A DNA stretch of 64,000 nucleotides from an uncultured Gammaproteobacteria bacterium (GTDB lineage: Bacteria; Patescibacteriota; Patescibacteriia; Patescibacteriales; UBA12465). Below are positions 62,674 to 64,000 of this stretch, piece by piece. A model generated the notes under the pieces. The model saw nothing but the letters and a program-made list of their open reading frames with translations, was not told where the DNA came from and searched no databases. A program made the position numbers and the translations under genes. The stretch is taken from contig CAYYPI010000001.1 of NCBI GenBank assembly GCA_964473565.1, positions 57,854-121,853 on the forward strand. The letters run 5' to 3'. The first letter of the stretch is position 1. Every line of letters begins with the position of its first letter.

Positions 62674-64000
62674 ATGAATTTAACAGAATTAGCAAGACGA
62701 TTAAAAATAACACCACAAGAATTGCGCGATATTTTGCCACGCATGGGTTTTAGTGTGGGTCAAAAAGCAATTAAGGTGGATAATAACACTGCTCAGAAGG
62801 TAATTAGAGAGTGGCCAAAGTATAAAAAACAATTAGAAAGAGAACAAAGAGAGAAGGAAAGAGAGGAAGCAGAAAATGAGCAGGATTTACCTAAGGAAAA
62901 AAAGAAAGTTGAGGTAGGAAAGTATATTACTATAAGAGATTTTGCTAACCTTGCAGATATTGCTGTTAATAAGGTCTTAAGTACATTAATGAAAAATGGT
63001 GTTTTTGCATCTATAAATGAGAAAATTGATTATGACACCGCCTCAATTGTTTCAGATGAATTAGATATAGAAGTTGTACCTAAGCAAGCAGAGGATGATG
63101 GTGAGAAAAAGGAAAATGAAAGAAGTATTAAGGAGGTCTTAGAAGCTGAAAAAGAGTCTTCACTTGTAGAAAGAGCTCCGGTGGTAGTAGTGATGGGTCA
63201 TGTGGATCATGGTAAAACCGCTCTTTTGGACGCCATTCGTAGTACAAAAGTAATTGAAAGTGAGGCAGGCGGAATTACTCAGCATATTGGTGCTTATCAA
63301 GCAGAAAAAAACGATAGATTAATTACTTTTATTGATACCCCGGGTCATGAAGCTTTTACTGCTATGAGAAGTAGAGGCGCAAAGGTTGCTGATGTGGCAA
63401 TTTTAGTGGTAGCAGCTGATGATGGTGTAAAGCCTCAGACTGTTGAAGCTTATAGAATTATTGAGAATGCTAAAATTCCTTTTGTGGTAGCTATTAATAA
63501 AATAGATGCAGAAGGAGCTGATATTAATAAGACCATGCAGGATTTATCTTCTCAGCTAAATTTATTACCAGAAGAATGGGGAGGTAAAGTTATTACAGTT
63601 CCTATATCAGCAAAAATGAGAGAAGGTTTAGATAAGCTTTTAGATATGGTGCTGTTATTATCAGACACAGAGATTAAATCATTAAAAGCTAATCCTAATA
63701 CAAGCGCTACCGGAACTATTGTTGAATCACACGTTGATAGGAATGCCGGGCCAGTAGCTACAATTCTTATTCAAAATGGTACTTTAAAGGTTGGTGATCA
63801 ATTATGTTTTGAAGATGTTGTCTACGGAAAAGTAAAAGCATTATCAGATTATAAAGGAGATAATATAAAATCAGCAGGACCTTCAGTTCCAGTTAGAGTT
63901 TTAGGTCTAAAAATTACACCTAAAGTAGGAGATATGTTGTATGTAGGAGAGGGTAAAAAAGTGAAAAGCAGAAAGATTAAATACAGTGAAACTCAAGATG
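62674..64000 (+). CDS. infB: translation initiation factor IF-2 (5' partial; continues beyond window)
   Basis: MNLTELARRLKITPQELRDIL…; G-domain VVVMGHVDHGKTALLDAIR, DTPGHEAF, NKID. Confidence 0.85.
   Translation, partial: MNLTELARRLKITPQELRDILPRMGFSVGQKAIKVDNNTAQKVIREWPKYKKQLEREQREKEREEAENEQDLPKEKKKVEVGKYITIRDFANLADIAVNKVLSTLMKNGVFASINEKIDYDTASIVSDELDIEVVPKQAEDDGEKKENERSIKEVLEAEKESSLVERAPVVVVMGHVDHGKTALLDAIRSTKVIESEAGGITQHIGAYQAEKNDRLITFIDTPGHEAFTAMRSRGAKVADVAILVVAADDGVKPQTVEAYRIIENAKIPFVVAINKIDAEGADINKTMQDLSSQLNLLPEEWGGKVITVPISAKMREGLDKLLDMVLLLSDTEIKSLKANPNTSATGTIVESHVDRNAGPVATILIQNGTLKVGDQLCFEDVVYGKVKALSDYKGDNIKSAGPSVPVRVLGLKITPKVGDMLYVGEGKKVKSRKIKYSETQD

Overview
This window is a low-GC, gene-dense bacterial chromosome segment that most likely comes from a Candidate Phyla Radiation (Patescibacteria) lineage. 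Three observations support that: a 23S rRNA gene broken by five group I introns (four carrying LAGLIDADG homing-endonuclease ORFs), archaeal-type enzymes (UMP kinase, phosphohexomutase), and K/E-rich low-complexity tails on many housekeeping proteins. The ORF track reads cleanly in the standard genetic code.

Housekeeping content:
- Translation and RNA processing: nusA, tig, smpB followed directly by ssrA (tmRNA), infC-rpmI-rplT, rpsA, rpmF, nusB, rnc, RNase J, RNase Y, and the start of infB.
- Other core functions: membrane pyrophosphatase (hppA), ftsH, secG, pilT, recA, HU, a 23S-5S rRNA pair with no 16S gene in the window, and five tRNAs.

The accessory part lies at 16.9-24 kb, directly downstream of tRNA-Gly(GCC).
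- A 22-nt exact copy of the tRNA-Gly 3' end (20826-20847) and a second, imperfect copy of the tRNA-flanking sequence plus promoter region (22207-22362) divide it into cassettes.
- Cassette 1 carries a GATC-type DpnII-like R-M pair (DpnA-like N6A methyltransferase plus DpnII/MboI-like endonuclease) fused in an operon with an AIPR-type abortive-infection protein.
- Cassette 2 is a class II Fic protein with an SxxxEG inhibitory motif.
- Cassette 3 is a RhuM-family gene with no canonical start (probable frameshift in a poly-A run), followed by an HExxH protein and a convergent Zn-ribbon gene.
- No integrase is present.

A second coherent unit is a B12-dependent operon: candidate small membrane transporter, class II ribonucleotide reductase NrdJ/RTPR, and PduO-type adenosyltransferase. 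It is preceded by a canonical sigma70-like promoter and two tandem NrdR-box-like palindromes (CTATATATAG).

No CRISPR array and no transposase were seen.
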